From contig CAYOQI010000003.1 of the NCBI GenBank assembly GCA_964406075.1, forward strand, positions 140,718 through 204,717: a DNA stretch of 64,000 nt. Reading direction: 5' to 3'. Origin of the DNA: an uncultured Pseudomonadales bacterium. Its GTDB lineage: Bacteria; Patescibacteriota; Microgenomatia; UBA1400; PJMF01. Positions 28,875 through 36,491 of the stretch are shown piece after piece (the first letter of the stretch is position 1; every line of letters starts with the position of its first letter). The translations under genes and the position numbers were made by a program. The notes beneath the pieces are model-generated. The model was not told the DNA's origin. It worked only from the letters and a program-made list of their open reading frames with translations, and ran no database searches.

Positions 28875-30779
28875 TTAGTTTGATTTAATTTGAAAGAATT
28901 TTCGCTTCCCCACTTTAACGACATCGAGATTTACGGCTGCTACTTTAAAGTATGGATCGTTTGGATGTTCTTTTTGTCTATTTTTATATGTTAACTCAAT
29001 TGCCCCTTGATCAATCAGTCGACGTAACTCAGATTTACTTGCTTTTGGCTGAATCTCGACAAGAAGTTCAAGCAAAGTCAGTGATTGATCCTTGAGTTTT
29101 ATAATTGGGATATCATCCGGAGCTTCTTTTTTCTGAACAGTTTTTTCAAAAAACTGAGCGGCGGCTAAGGCATCAGCTTGAGTGTGATACATCTTGGTGA
29201 TACTGAATGCCAACTTCTTTTTAAATATCAGTGGGTTCATTCCTTTTTCCATTTCCTCTTTCATTTTTTCGATTGAAGGCTGAGGCTCATCTGTTAATAC
29301 TGTGAAATACAACAGAATCATGTCATCAGAAATTGACATCAATTTCCCGTACATGTCGTTTGGAAGCGCAGTCAATGCGATAAAGTTTCCAAAGCTTTTA
29401 CTCATTTTCCGACCATCAGTTCCAGCAATAATTGGAGTTGTTAACACCCATTTTTCTCGATTATTAAAGCTTTTTTGAAGTTGTCGACCCATCATCATGT
29501 TAAAAGTCTGATCATTGCCACCAATCTCAAGATCAACATCCAGTGCAACAGAATCATAGCCTTGCAGTAACGGGTAAATAATTTCATGACCGAAAATCGG
29601 TAAATTATTTTTCAATCGATCCTGAAACATATCTCGTTCAATCAATTGTTGAACGGTTGTTTGTGCCAGCAACTTCACCATATCAACATATGTCAGCTTA
29701 TCGAGCCATTCACCGTTGTAGACAATCTTAATTTTTGAAAAATCTAGTATTTTAGCTGCTTGTTCTTTCCAATCTTTAAAATTATCAAGAATTGCTTGAT
29801 CCGTCAGCATCGGTCGACTACTATCTCTGCCTGTAGGATCGCCAATTCGTACCGTTCCATTTCCGACCAACAAGAAAACCTCATGACCGAGTTCGGCAAA
29901 TTGTTGGAGTTTCCTGAGTACTACTGAGTGACCAAGCGTGAGCAGTGAACCAGTGGGATCAATTCCTAAATACACTTTGATCTTCTTTTTTTTCATCAAC
30001 GTTCGCAACGCATTTTTGGTGGGAAGAACCTGTGTGACGCCGCGAGTTAAAACTTCTTCCAGACGCAAATCTTCTGGCGACAACTGAGTTTTTATGTCAA
30101 TCTCACACTCTGGTGATGTACGAGAGACGATAAACGATTCTACTTTTGCCCCAAAGTTTTTTTCTAAATCAGTTTTCACTTTTTGCATTAAATCAATTAA
30201 TTCTTGCTCTGGAATTCCATCGAACGTATCGATGGGAATGAAAATGGAGTTGGTTGTTTCTGTCACTGCGGATGTTTTACCTTGTCGCCAAATCCAGTTT
30301 CGAGTTAACACCGTTTTTCCACTGGAGTATGCGAAAAAATGCTCCTCCATAAATTCGGGAAATTCTTCTCCTCGTGCAAAAAACGCATCTTCAGTATTTG
30401 TTCTTCTAACTTCGATGTCATCTTCTAACCACTCGATATCATGGGCTCCAATCGGAACTGAATGTTGGATAGAAATGGCATTAAAGTAATCAACTAGAGG
30501 TGAAATTCTTGGGAGTTCTTTTTTCTCAGTCAGTCTTTCGAGTAATGCGACGTGAGACGGTTTCACTGTATTTGCCATCCCATGTTTAGTAAACGCTTCA
30601 GTCCATTCTTGAAATGGTCGATTTTGTACTGTCGGTAGTTGCTGAGATTGTTCGACTTCTTTTGTTAACTTCGCCACAAAAGATTGAGCTTTTTTTTGAT
30701 CAATTCTTGTAGCAACTAACACTCCAATTTTGTAATTGGGAAAAAGTTCAAAGATTTCTGGTGAGACTGAAAATTTCAT
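28875..30779 (-). CDS. tyrS: Tyrosyl-tRNA synthetase fused to an N-terminal B3/4 (PheRS-beta editing-like) domain
   Basis: The C-terminal ~380 aa carry DPTGSLLTLGH (HIGH-type), IGDPTGRDSSRP, KMSKS and a C-terminal S4-like segment (KSELRRLIDQGAI). The N-terminal ~240 aa carry PLVDYFNAISIQHSVPIGAHDIE, which resembles the B3/4 motif seen in this window's own PheT (VIDITNYITHELGHPCHAFDYD). Confidence 0.8.
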   Translation of the reverse strand: MKFSVSPEIFELFPNYKIGVLVATRIDQKKAQSFVAKLTKEVEQSQQLPTVQNRPFQEWTEAFTKHGMANTVKPSHVALLERLTEKKELPRISPLVDYFNAISIQHSVPIGAHDIEWLEDDIEVRRTNTEDAFFARGEEFPEFMEEHFFAYSSGKTVLTRNWIWRQGKTSAVTETTNSIFIPIDTFDGIPEQELIDLMQKVKTDLEKNFGAKVESFIVSRTSPECEIDIKTQLSPEDLRLEEVLTRGVTQVLPTKNALRTLMKKKKIKVYLGIDPTGSLLTLGHSVVLRKLQQFAELGHEVFLLVGNGTVRIGDPTGRDSSRPMLTDQAILDNFKDWKEQAAKILDFSKIKIVYNGEWLDKLTYVDMVKLLAQTTVQQLIERDMFQDRLKNNLPIFGHEIIYPLLQGYDSVALDVDLEIGGNDQTFNMMMGRQLQKSFNNREKWVLTTPIIAGTDGRKMSKSFGNFIALTALPNDMYGKLMSISDDMILLYFTVLTDEPQPSIEKMKEEMEKGMNPLIFKKKLAFSITKMYHTQADALAAAQFFEKTVQKKEAPDDIPIIKLKDQSLTLLELLVEIQPKASKSELRRLIDQGAIELTYKNRQKEHPNDPYFKVAAVNLDVVKVGKRKFFQIKSN

Positions 30780-30829
30780 ATGGCTCCTGTGATTGTATCG
30801 TATGTTTGTTTTTTTTAAACGAACTGGTT

Positions 30830-30888
30830 AATCCCGCTTGGGTACTTCGCTCTTCGCTGATTGTTCAGTGTGAAATTTCAGCGGGATT
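30830..30888 (-). other. Long-loop hairpin between phhA and tyrS
   Basis: AATCCCGCT at 30830-30838 pairs with AGCGGGATT at 30880-30888 (9 bp) around a 41-nt loop. Confidence 0.4.
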
Positions 30889-30904
30889 TCGAACTTATTT
30901 ATTT

Positions 30905-31612
30905 TTATATATAGTGCTCAATCCATTGTTCGAGTTGGTCTAGAGATTCCAGACAAAATATTTTGTCGTGAAACTCATGGTGAGACTCTTTCATTGCTCC
31001 GATCACCTCTGGATTGAATGGTTCAATTACTACCATCCCTGACATAACCCGTTGTGTCTCAGCAAAAGATGATGCGATGCCTGCTCCGAGAATTTTAAGT
31101 TCTGAATTCTCTTTAATCATGCCGAACTCCACTGTGAACCACCAAATATGTCCCAGTTTCTTTCTCAACAGAGGTGGTGCTTTGAGCATGACTTTTGAGT
31201 ACGTATCAATAATCCGAGAGAATTGGGTATCCATTAAAAATGGAAGATGTCCAAAGCTATCATGAAAAACATCAGGCATTGGCGTGTAATCTAAACTCTC
31301 TTGTGGTCTGATATATTGTGTGATCATAAAATGATGGCTAGCTAAAGTTTGAAACCATGATTGACCATCAGCAAAAACTGTTGAAGTCGGATTCAGTTGC
31401 CACTCTGTTTCATCCATAAAAACAGTATTCAACCGATCAAAATTTGGAATTTCTTTCAGATTAAGTTGCAATCTGTTTTGGCCTTTTAACCACAACGAAC
31501 TCCCCCATTTTTCCATCTGAGGAAGCTGTCGAGAAAATAATTTTTCCCAAGTTCCATTTTCTTGAGTACTCCATATTTTCCATGCTGAACTACTTTCGTT
31601 ATTTTTTTTCAT
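30905..31612 (-). CDS. phhA: Phenylalanine-4-hydroxylase (aromatic amino acid hydroxylase), start re-assigned
   Basis: PDVFHDSFGHLPFL (the 2-His iron motif) and WWFTVEFGMI (Glu ligand region). The ORF-track N-terminal extension runs through the upstream terminator, so Met at 31612 (MKKNNESS) is the likely start. Confidence 0.8.
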   Translation of the reverse strand: MKKNNESSSAWKIWSTQENGTWEKLFSRQLPQMEKWGSSLWLKGQNRLQLNLKEIPNFDRLNTVFMDETEWQLNPTSTVFADGQSWFQTLASHHFMITQYIRPQESLDYTPMPDVFHDSFGHLPFLMDTQFSRIIDTYSKVMLKAPPLLRKKLGHIWWFTVEFGMIKENSELKILGAGIASSFAETQRVMSGMVVIEPFNPEVIGAMKESHHEFHDKIFCLESLDQLEQWIEHYI

Positions 31613-31624
31613 ATTTTCCTTTTT

Positions 31625-31653
31625 AAAATAAAAAACCGCCTGAGATGGCGGTT
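31625..31653 (-). terminator. Rho-independent terminator
   Basis: On the minus strand AACCGCC-AUCUCA-GGCGGUU is followed by a U-run. Confidence 0.7.
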
Positions 31654-31755
31654 TAACAAACACAAAAACCCATCTCTTCAATACAAGAGTTGATAGTAGT
31701 AATACCCGGTAGTTCGAATGATCAGTTTATTCATCATATTTTTCGTTGTTATTGT

Positions 31756-32034
31756 TTATGCTGCTGTCTGCGCATCTTCTTGGCAATCTCTAGCTGAAAG
31801 TAACGATTTTTTAACAGCATATAGTTCGTTTAGTTTTTTAAATTCTATTAATCTTTGTTCTATTAAGGCGTTAATTCTTGGGGAAATTTCGTTTCGATAA
31901 CTCGTTGAATCTTTTGATTTTTCTTGAAACTCAATGCTTTTTAGCCAGGTCATATGTGCGTCCCAAACTGTTTCGCGCTGTGCTTCAATTAATCTAATTT
32001 CTAGATCGTTAGTAAGAAGTTTTTCATTTTGCAT
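31756..32034 (-). CDS. Hypothetical coiled-coil protein (92 aa)
   Basis: An ORF with no recognisable motif. A terminator lies downstream. Confidence 0.4.
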   Translation of the reverse strand: MQNEKLLTNDLEIRLIEAQRETVWDAHMTWLKSIEFQEKSKDSTSYRNEISPRINALIEQRLIEFKKLNELYAVKKSLLSARDCQEDAQTAA

Positions 32035-32267
32035 ATTTCCTTTTAAATAATTAATAGGTTGGTTTTTGTTTACTACGTTGATTGACCCTCTTTCATTCCA
32101 GATGTTGCACTGTTTTTATGTCTCACCCGCCGACGCTCTTGATATTTCATCATGATCATTAGTCATGACTGCATTCAGGTTACTTTGGCGGATTGTTCTT
32201 CTTATCTGACTTTTAATCAATCATTATCAAAATATTTTTCTTTCGGTCTAGAATTTCCACTAACACG

Positions 32268-32295
32268 AACAAAAAACCCCGACTTGGAGTCGGGG
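32268..32295 (-). terminator. Rho-independent terminator after the SIMPL gene
   Basis: On the minus strand CCCCGAC-UCCAA-GUCGGGG is followed by UUUUUUG. Confidence 0.75.
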
Positions 32296-32433
32296 TGTAA
32301 ATTTCAAAATGTAGACAATGAAACTACTTCCCTCCTCCTTCGAGGTTGTTAAACCAAAAATAATAGTAAAAAGAAGTAGGTCTCATAAGTTGAGTGAAAT
32401 TGTACTTAGTTTTTTCAATTTCGCAATAATTAA

Positions 32434-33204
32434 TTAGTATGTCTCATAGCTCAAAGTCACACCATATTGATAGGTCGTGGAACCTGCTTCAATTTCTGTT
32501 TCGCCTCGGCCTTCGACTTGAACAGCATCAAAGTTAGCGGGACCCTTCATCAGTGGTGAGAGGACGTCGACTTGTGATTCGTAGACATTTACTATTCTTC
32601 CGAGCTTCATTCCTGCTAAGCCAGCGAGTTCACTTGCGTTTTGTTGGGCCTTCGCGATTGCTTCCTGACGAGCTTGTTTTTTCACTTCGTCTTCTTTTTC
32701 AGGGCTAAGTTTTAAGCTAATACCTGAAACTTGATTGACTCCAGCTTGAGTGGCTTGGTCAATGACCTGATTGACGACTTCAAAATCTTTTACACTCACT
32801 CGAAGTGAGGTATTGACCATGTAGCCAATTACTCTTCGATTTGCGCTGGTGTAGTCATATTCTGGATAAACGCTGTAGTTTTCAGTTTTTATATCTTTTG
32901 AATCAATACCAAGTGCTTGAACTCTTTCTTTTACTGTATTAATTACTGTATTTGCATCAGTTTGAGCGGCAGAAATGGTTGGTTTTCGGATCTCAATACC
33001 TAAAGAAATTTCAGCTACGTCTGGAATTGTGACGATTTCACTTTCACCTTGTACATCAAAAGTAGATTGTTTTTGAGTAACGGTCTGATTCACCGCAAAA
33101 GGTAATGGGCCAACAATTTTTGTTGTTAATAGTAGTGCAACGACCGCTGCAGCCGAGACAACTGCCCCGACCAGTATAGGTGTAAGAAATGATTGGGAAT
33201 TCAT
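32434..33204 (-). CDS. SIMPL/DUF541-domain periplasmic protein
   Basis: An N-terminal TM/signal segment, then FDVQGESEIVTIPDVAEISLGIE...ENYSVYPEYDY, the typical DUF541 layout. Confidence 0.7.
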   Translation of the reverse strand: MNSQSFLTPILVGAVVSAAAVVALLLTTKIVGPLPFAVNQTVTQKQSTFDVQGESEIVTIPDVAEISLGIEIRKPTISAAQTDANTVINTVKERVQALGIDSKDIKTENYSVYPEYDYTSANRRVIGYMVNTSLRVSVKDFEVVNQVIDQATQAGVNQVSGISLKLSPEKEDEVKKQARQEAIAKAQQNASELAGLAGMKLGRIVNVYESQVDVLSPLMKGPANFDAVQVEGRGETEIEAGSTTYQYGVTLSYETY

Positions 33205-33345
33205 AGATCTCCTTTATCGACTATCTACTTTAAAAATCATTATAGTACTCAAGTTGATTGATTGACTAGTTGAACTCATGGTATCTCTAGATACGCCAAA
33301 TGATATGAAATACTTACAGTGCATCGATGGTCTCAATGATACAAT

Positions 33346-36069
33346 GTGTTGAGAGAAATTATGAATATTTTAAAACGTTCACCTTCTTGGAATCACCTGA
33401 CTACTCAGCGTGTTTCTCTTCGTGGTGCGGGACGTTTTCAACTGCCCCGAGATAAAAAGTTGTTTTTTCTTCGTACATTACGAACACTTGCCATTTTGAG
33501 TGTGGTTGGAAGTGTATTAGGAAGTTTTTTCCTCTTGGGAGCGTTCGCCTGGTATTCCAAAGATCTTCCTCAACCAGGGAAAGTGGTTCGTCGAGATGGT
33601 TTCAGTACCCAATTTTTTGACCGAAATGGAAAATTACTCTACGACGTGTTTGCTGATCAGCAACGTACACCTATTCAACTCAGTCAAATGACTGACTACA
33701 TGAAGCAAGCCACCGTCTCAACTGAAGACAAAGATTTTTACACGCATGCGGGTTTTGATCCACTGACTCCGGTGCGGATTGCCTACAACTATGTGTTTCG
33801 AGGAGGACGAGTAGTCGGAGGATCGACTTTGACTCAACAGTTAGTTAAGAATGCTCTGTTGACCAATGAACGAAGCATCAATCGAAAACTCAAAGAGTTT
33901 ATTCTCGCGATTCAGATTGAACGTCAATTTACCAAAGATCAAATTTTAGAAATGTATTTAAATGAGATTCCCTATGGTGGGCCAGCCATGGGAGTTCAAG
34001 CAGCATCACAAATGTATTTCAGTAAAGATGCCTCCCAACTTTCACTGGTCGAATCAGCAGTATTAGCCGGATTACCTCAACGACCAAGTGCGTATTCCCC
34101 GTTTATTGGAAAAAAGGATGATGATGGTGTACCTTTATGGAAGGTTCGAGCAATCGGAGTACTTCGACGTATGCGAGAAGATGGGCACATCTCGGCTGAT
34201 TTAGAAACTACTGCAATTACCGAGCTTGATTCTGTTGTTTTTGAACGCCAACGTACAGATATTAAAGCACCACATTTTGTGTTTTACGCTCGAGAACAAT
34301 TAGAGGACATGTATGGTGAAGGTGCAGTAGAAGGGACTGGATATAAAGTCACCACGACACTTGATCTAGATTTGCAACAATCAGCGGAAACCATTGTACA
34401 AGAAGAGCTGGAAAAAGTAGCAACATTAAATATTACCAATGGTGCAGTCGTTGCAATGGATCCAGATACCGGTGAAGTGCTCACTATGGTAGGAAGCAAA
34501 GATTACTTCAGTGAAGAAATTGATGGTAATTTCAATGTGGCAGTCAATGGTCTTCGTCAACCTGGTTCTTCGATCAAGCCGATCACGTATTTATTAGCAT
34601 TAAAAAATGGCATGACTCCCGCCACGATGCTGATCGATGTTCCAACTACATTCGCTGTCAATGAAGATCCGGTAAACAAACCATATGAACCAAAGAACTA
34701 CGATGGAAAGTACCGAGGTCCAGTTAGCTTGCGGAGTTCGCTTGGAAGTTCACTCAATATCCCGGCAGTCAAAATTTTAGGAAAATATGGTGTACAAAAC
34801 ATGTTAGGGCTTGCTTTTGATATGGGTTTCCCTACCCTTGAGCCAACCAAAGAAAACCTCAGTAAATTTGGCTTAGCAGTAACACTAGGTGGAGGTGAGA
34901 TTCATTTGATCGATACTACTAGTGCGTACAGTGCTTTTGCCAATGGTGGTCACAAAGTTTCTCCAGTCTCGATTCTTAAAGTCGAAGATCGTGATGGAAA
35001 AGTTCTTTTTGAAAATCGGCCTGTCCAAGGAAAAGAAGTGATGTCAAAAGGTGAAGCGTTTTTAATGAATAATATCTTAAGTGATAACTCTGCTCGATTG
35101 CTTGCCTTCGGCGCCAATTCTCTCCTGAATACGGGAAAACCAATCGCAGTCAAAACCGGAACCACCAATGATCAGAAAGATAACTGGACGATCGGTTGGA
35201 GTAAGACCACCATGGTAGGTGTTTGGGTTGGAAACAATGACAGTACTCCAATGAAATCAGTAGCTTCTGGTATCACGGGTGCCTCTCCTATTTGGCGACG
35301 AGTAATGTTTGAAGCAATTGCTCAAGGTCGTGAAACGCCTGAATGGGAAGTTCCCTCTGATGTGCAAGAAGTAGAAGTAGATGAGATCTCTGGGTATCCC
35401 GCACATAGCGAGTTTCCAAAGAGAAAAGAGTATGTCATCAAAGGTACACTCCCAAGTGGGAAAGACCCAATTCATAGCAAATTAAAGCTCTGTCGAGGAC
35501 AAAATAAACTTGCGTCAGAGATTCGTGTAGCTAAGGGTGATTTTGACGAAAAAGAGTTCATTGCTTTACGTGAAGAAGATCCAGTTAGTCAGGATGGAAA
35601 AAATCGTTGGCAAGATGGAATTAATGCTTGGGTTTCAGATAAAGAAGATAAGTACAAACCGCCGACCGAGTATTGTGATAATGGTGGAAGTCAGGATGTG
35701 TATATTCGCCTGCTCCAACCTGACGATAAGAAGACATTCCAAGGAGAAGATATTGATATCGAAGTTGATGCAGTAAGTGTTGACGGAATTGCTCGTGTTG
35801 AGATTTGGGTGGATGATCAGAAAAAAGAAACGCTTACTTCCCGTCCATATAAAACTCGGGTGAATTTGCCAAAAGGTCGATATGAGATTTATGCCAAAGC
35901 CAAAGATAATAAAGGAAAAGACGTAGAGACCGGAAAAATTCGTATCGGAACTGGGAATGAAAGCTGGGAAGAACCTACTCCAACCCCGTCTCCAACCAAT
36001 AGCCCGGAGCCTACAAATACTCCCACTCCTGGCCCAACACTCTTACCTACGATTCTTCCGAGTCCGTAA
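33346..36069 (+). CDS. Class A penicillin-binding protein (GT51 transglycosylase plus transpeptidase) with a C-terminal Ig-like domain and a Pro/Thr tail
   Basis: EDKDFYTHAGFD and GGSTLTQQLVKN (GT51). SSIKP (SxxK), SLN and KTGTTND (transpeptidase). The C-terminus has IEVDAVSVDGIARVEIWVDD followed by PTPTPSPTNSPEPTNTPTPGP. Confidence 0.9.
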   Translation: MLREIMNILKRSPSWNHLTTQRVSLRGAGRFQLPRDKKLFFLRTLRTLAILSVVGSVLGSFFLLGAFAWYSKDLPQPGKVVRRDGFSTQFFDRNGKLLYDVFADQQRTPIQLSQMTDYMKQATVSTEDKDFYTHAGFDPLTPVRIAYNYVFRGGRVVGGSTLTQQLVKNALLTNERSINRKLKEFILAIQIERQFTKDQILEMYLNEIPYGGPAMGVQAASQMYFSKDASQLSLVESAVLAGLPQRPSAYSPFIGKKDDDGVPLWKVRAIGVLRRMREDGHISADLETTAITELDSVVFERQRTDIKAPHFVFYAREQLEDMYGEGAVEGTGYKVTTTLDLDLQQSAETIVQEELEKVATLNITNGAVVAMDPDTGEVLTMVGSKDYFSEEIDGNFNVAVNGLRQPGSSIKPITYLLALKNGMTPATMLIDVPTTFAVNEDPVNKPYEPKNYDGKYRGPVSLRSSLGSSLNIPAVKILGKYGVQNMLGLAFDMGFPTLEPTKENLSKFGLAVTLGGGEIHLIDTTSAYSAFANGGHKVSPVSILKVEDRDGKVLFENRPVQGKEVMSKGEAFLMNNILSDNSARLLAFGANSLLNTGKPIAVKTGTTNDQKDNWTIGWSKTTMVGVWVGNNDSTPMKSVASGITGASPIWRRVMFEAIAQGRETPEWEVPSDVQEVEVDEISGYPAHSEFPKRKEYVIKGTLPSGKDPIHSKLKLCRGQNKLASEIRVAKGDFDEKEFIALREEDPVSQDGKNRWQDGINAWVSDKEDKYKPPTEYCDNGGSQDVYIRLLQPDDKKTFQGEDIDIEVDAVSVDGIARVEIWVDDQKKETLTSRPYKTRVNLPKGRYEIYAKAKDNKGKDVETGKIRIGTGNESWEEPTPTPSPTNSPEPTNTPTPGPTLLPTILPSP

Positions 36070-36079
36070 ATTATTTTTC

Positions 36080-36129
36080 TGTCATCCTGAGAATCCAAGT
36101 GCGATAGCACGTGGAACGAAGGATCCCGT
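36080..36129 (+). repeat. Structured repeat copy, 10 nt after the PBP stop; forms the left inverted repeat around the GIY-YIG gene
   Basis: TGTCATCCTGAGAATCCAAGTGCGATAGCACGTGGAACGAAGGATCCCGT. Its reverse-complement partner is at 36438-36485. Confidence 0.75.
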
Positions 36130-36143
36130 CGTATACTGAAACA

Positions 36144-36434
36144 ATGAGGAAAGCATACAGTGTGTATCTCATGACAAATCAACGACATACAGTTCTTTAC
36201 ATAGGGGTAACAAGTGAGTTAGTCGTACGAGTGTGGCAACATAAAGAGAAGTTTTTCGGAGGATTCACTGCCAAATACAATGTAGATAAGTTAGTTTACT
36301 ATGAAGACTGGGATAATCCTAAAGATGCAATAGCACGAGAAAAAGAAATAAAAGGATGGACGAGGAAGAAAAAAGAGAAATTGATTAATGATATGAATCC
36401 TGAATGGAGAGATTTATACGAAGAAATTCAATGA
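36144..36434 (+). CDS. GIY-YIG nuclease-superfamily protein (UPF0213/COG2827-like), start re-assigned
   Basis: YSVYLMTNQRHTVLYIGVTSELVVRVWQHK is the GIY-YIG motif, and a later REKEIKGW segment is present. The Met at 36144 avoids the repeat. Confidence 0.8.
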   Translation: MRKAYSVYLMTNQRHTVLYIGVTSELVVRVWQHKEKFFGGFTAKYNVDKLVYYEDWDNPKDAIAREKEIKGWTRKKKEKLINDMNPEWRDLYEEIQ

Positions 36435-36437
36435 TCA

Positions 36438-36485
36438 ACGGGATCCTTCGCTCCTGGTGATTACACCTGGATTCTCAGGATGACA
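36438..36485 (-). repeat. Structured repeat copy, 6 nt after the pheT stop; forms the right inverted repeat around the GIY-YIG gene
   Basis: The minus strand reads UGUCAUCCUGAGAAUCCAGGUGUAAUCACCAGGAGCGAAGGAUCCCGU. Confidence 0.75.
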
Positions 36486-36491
36486 AAGGAT

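Noticed and set aside
31613-31681. The N-terminal extension of the phhA ORF (MKRWVFVFVKPPSQAVFYFKKEN).
   Set aside because: It is translated from the upstream gene's terminator hairpin. The Met at 31612 gives a normal hydroxylase N-terminus.
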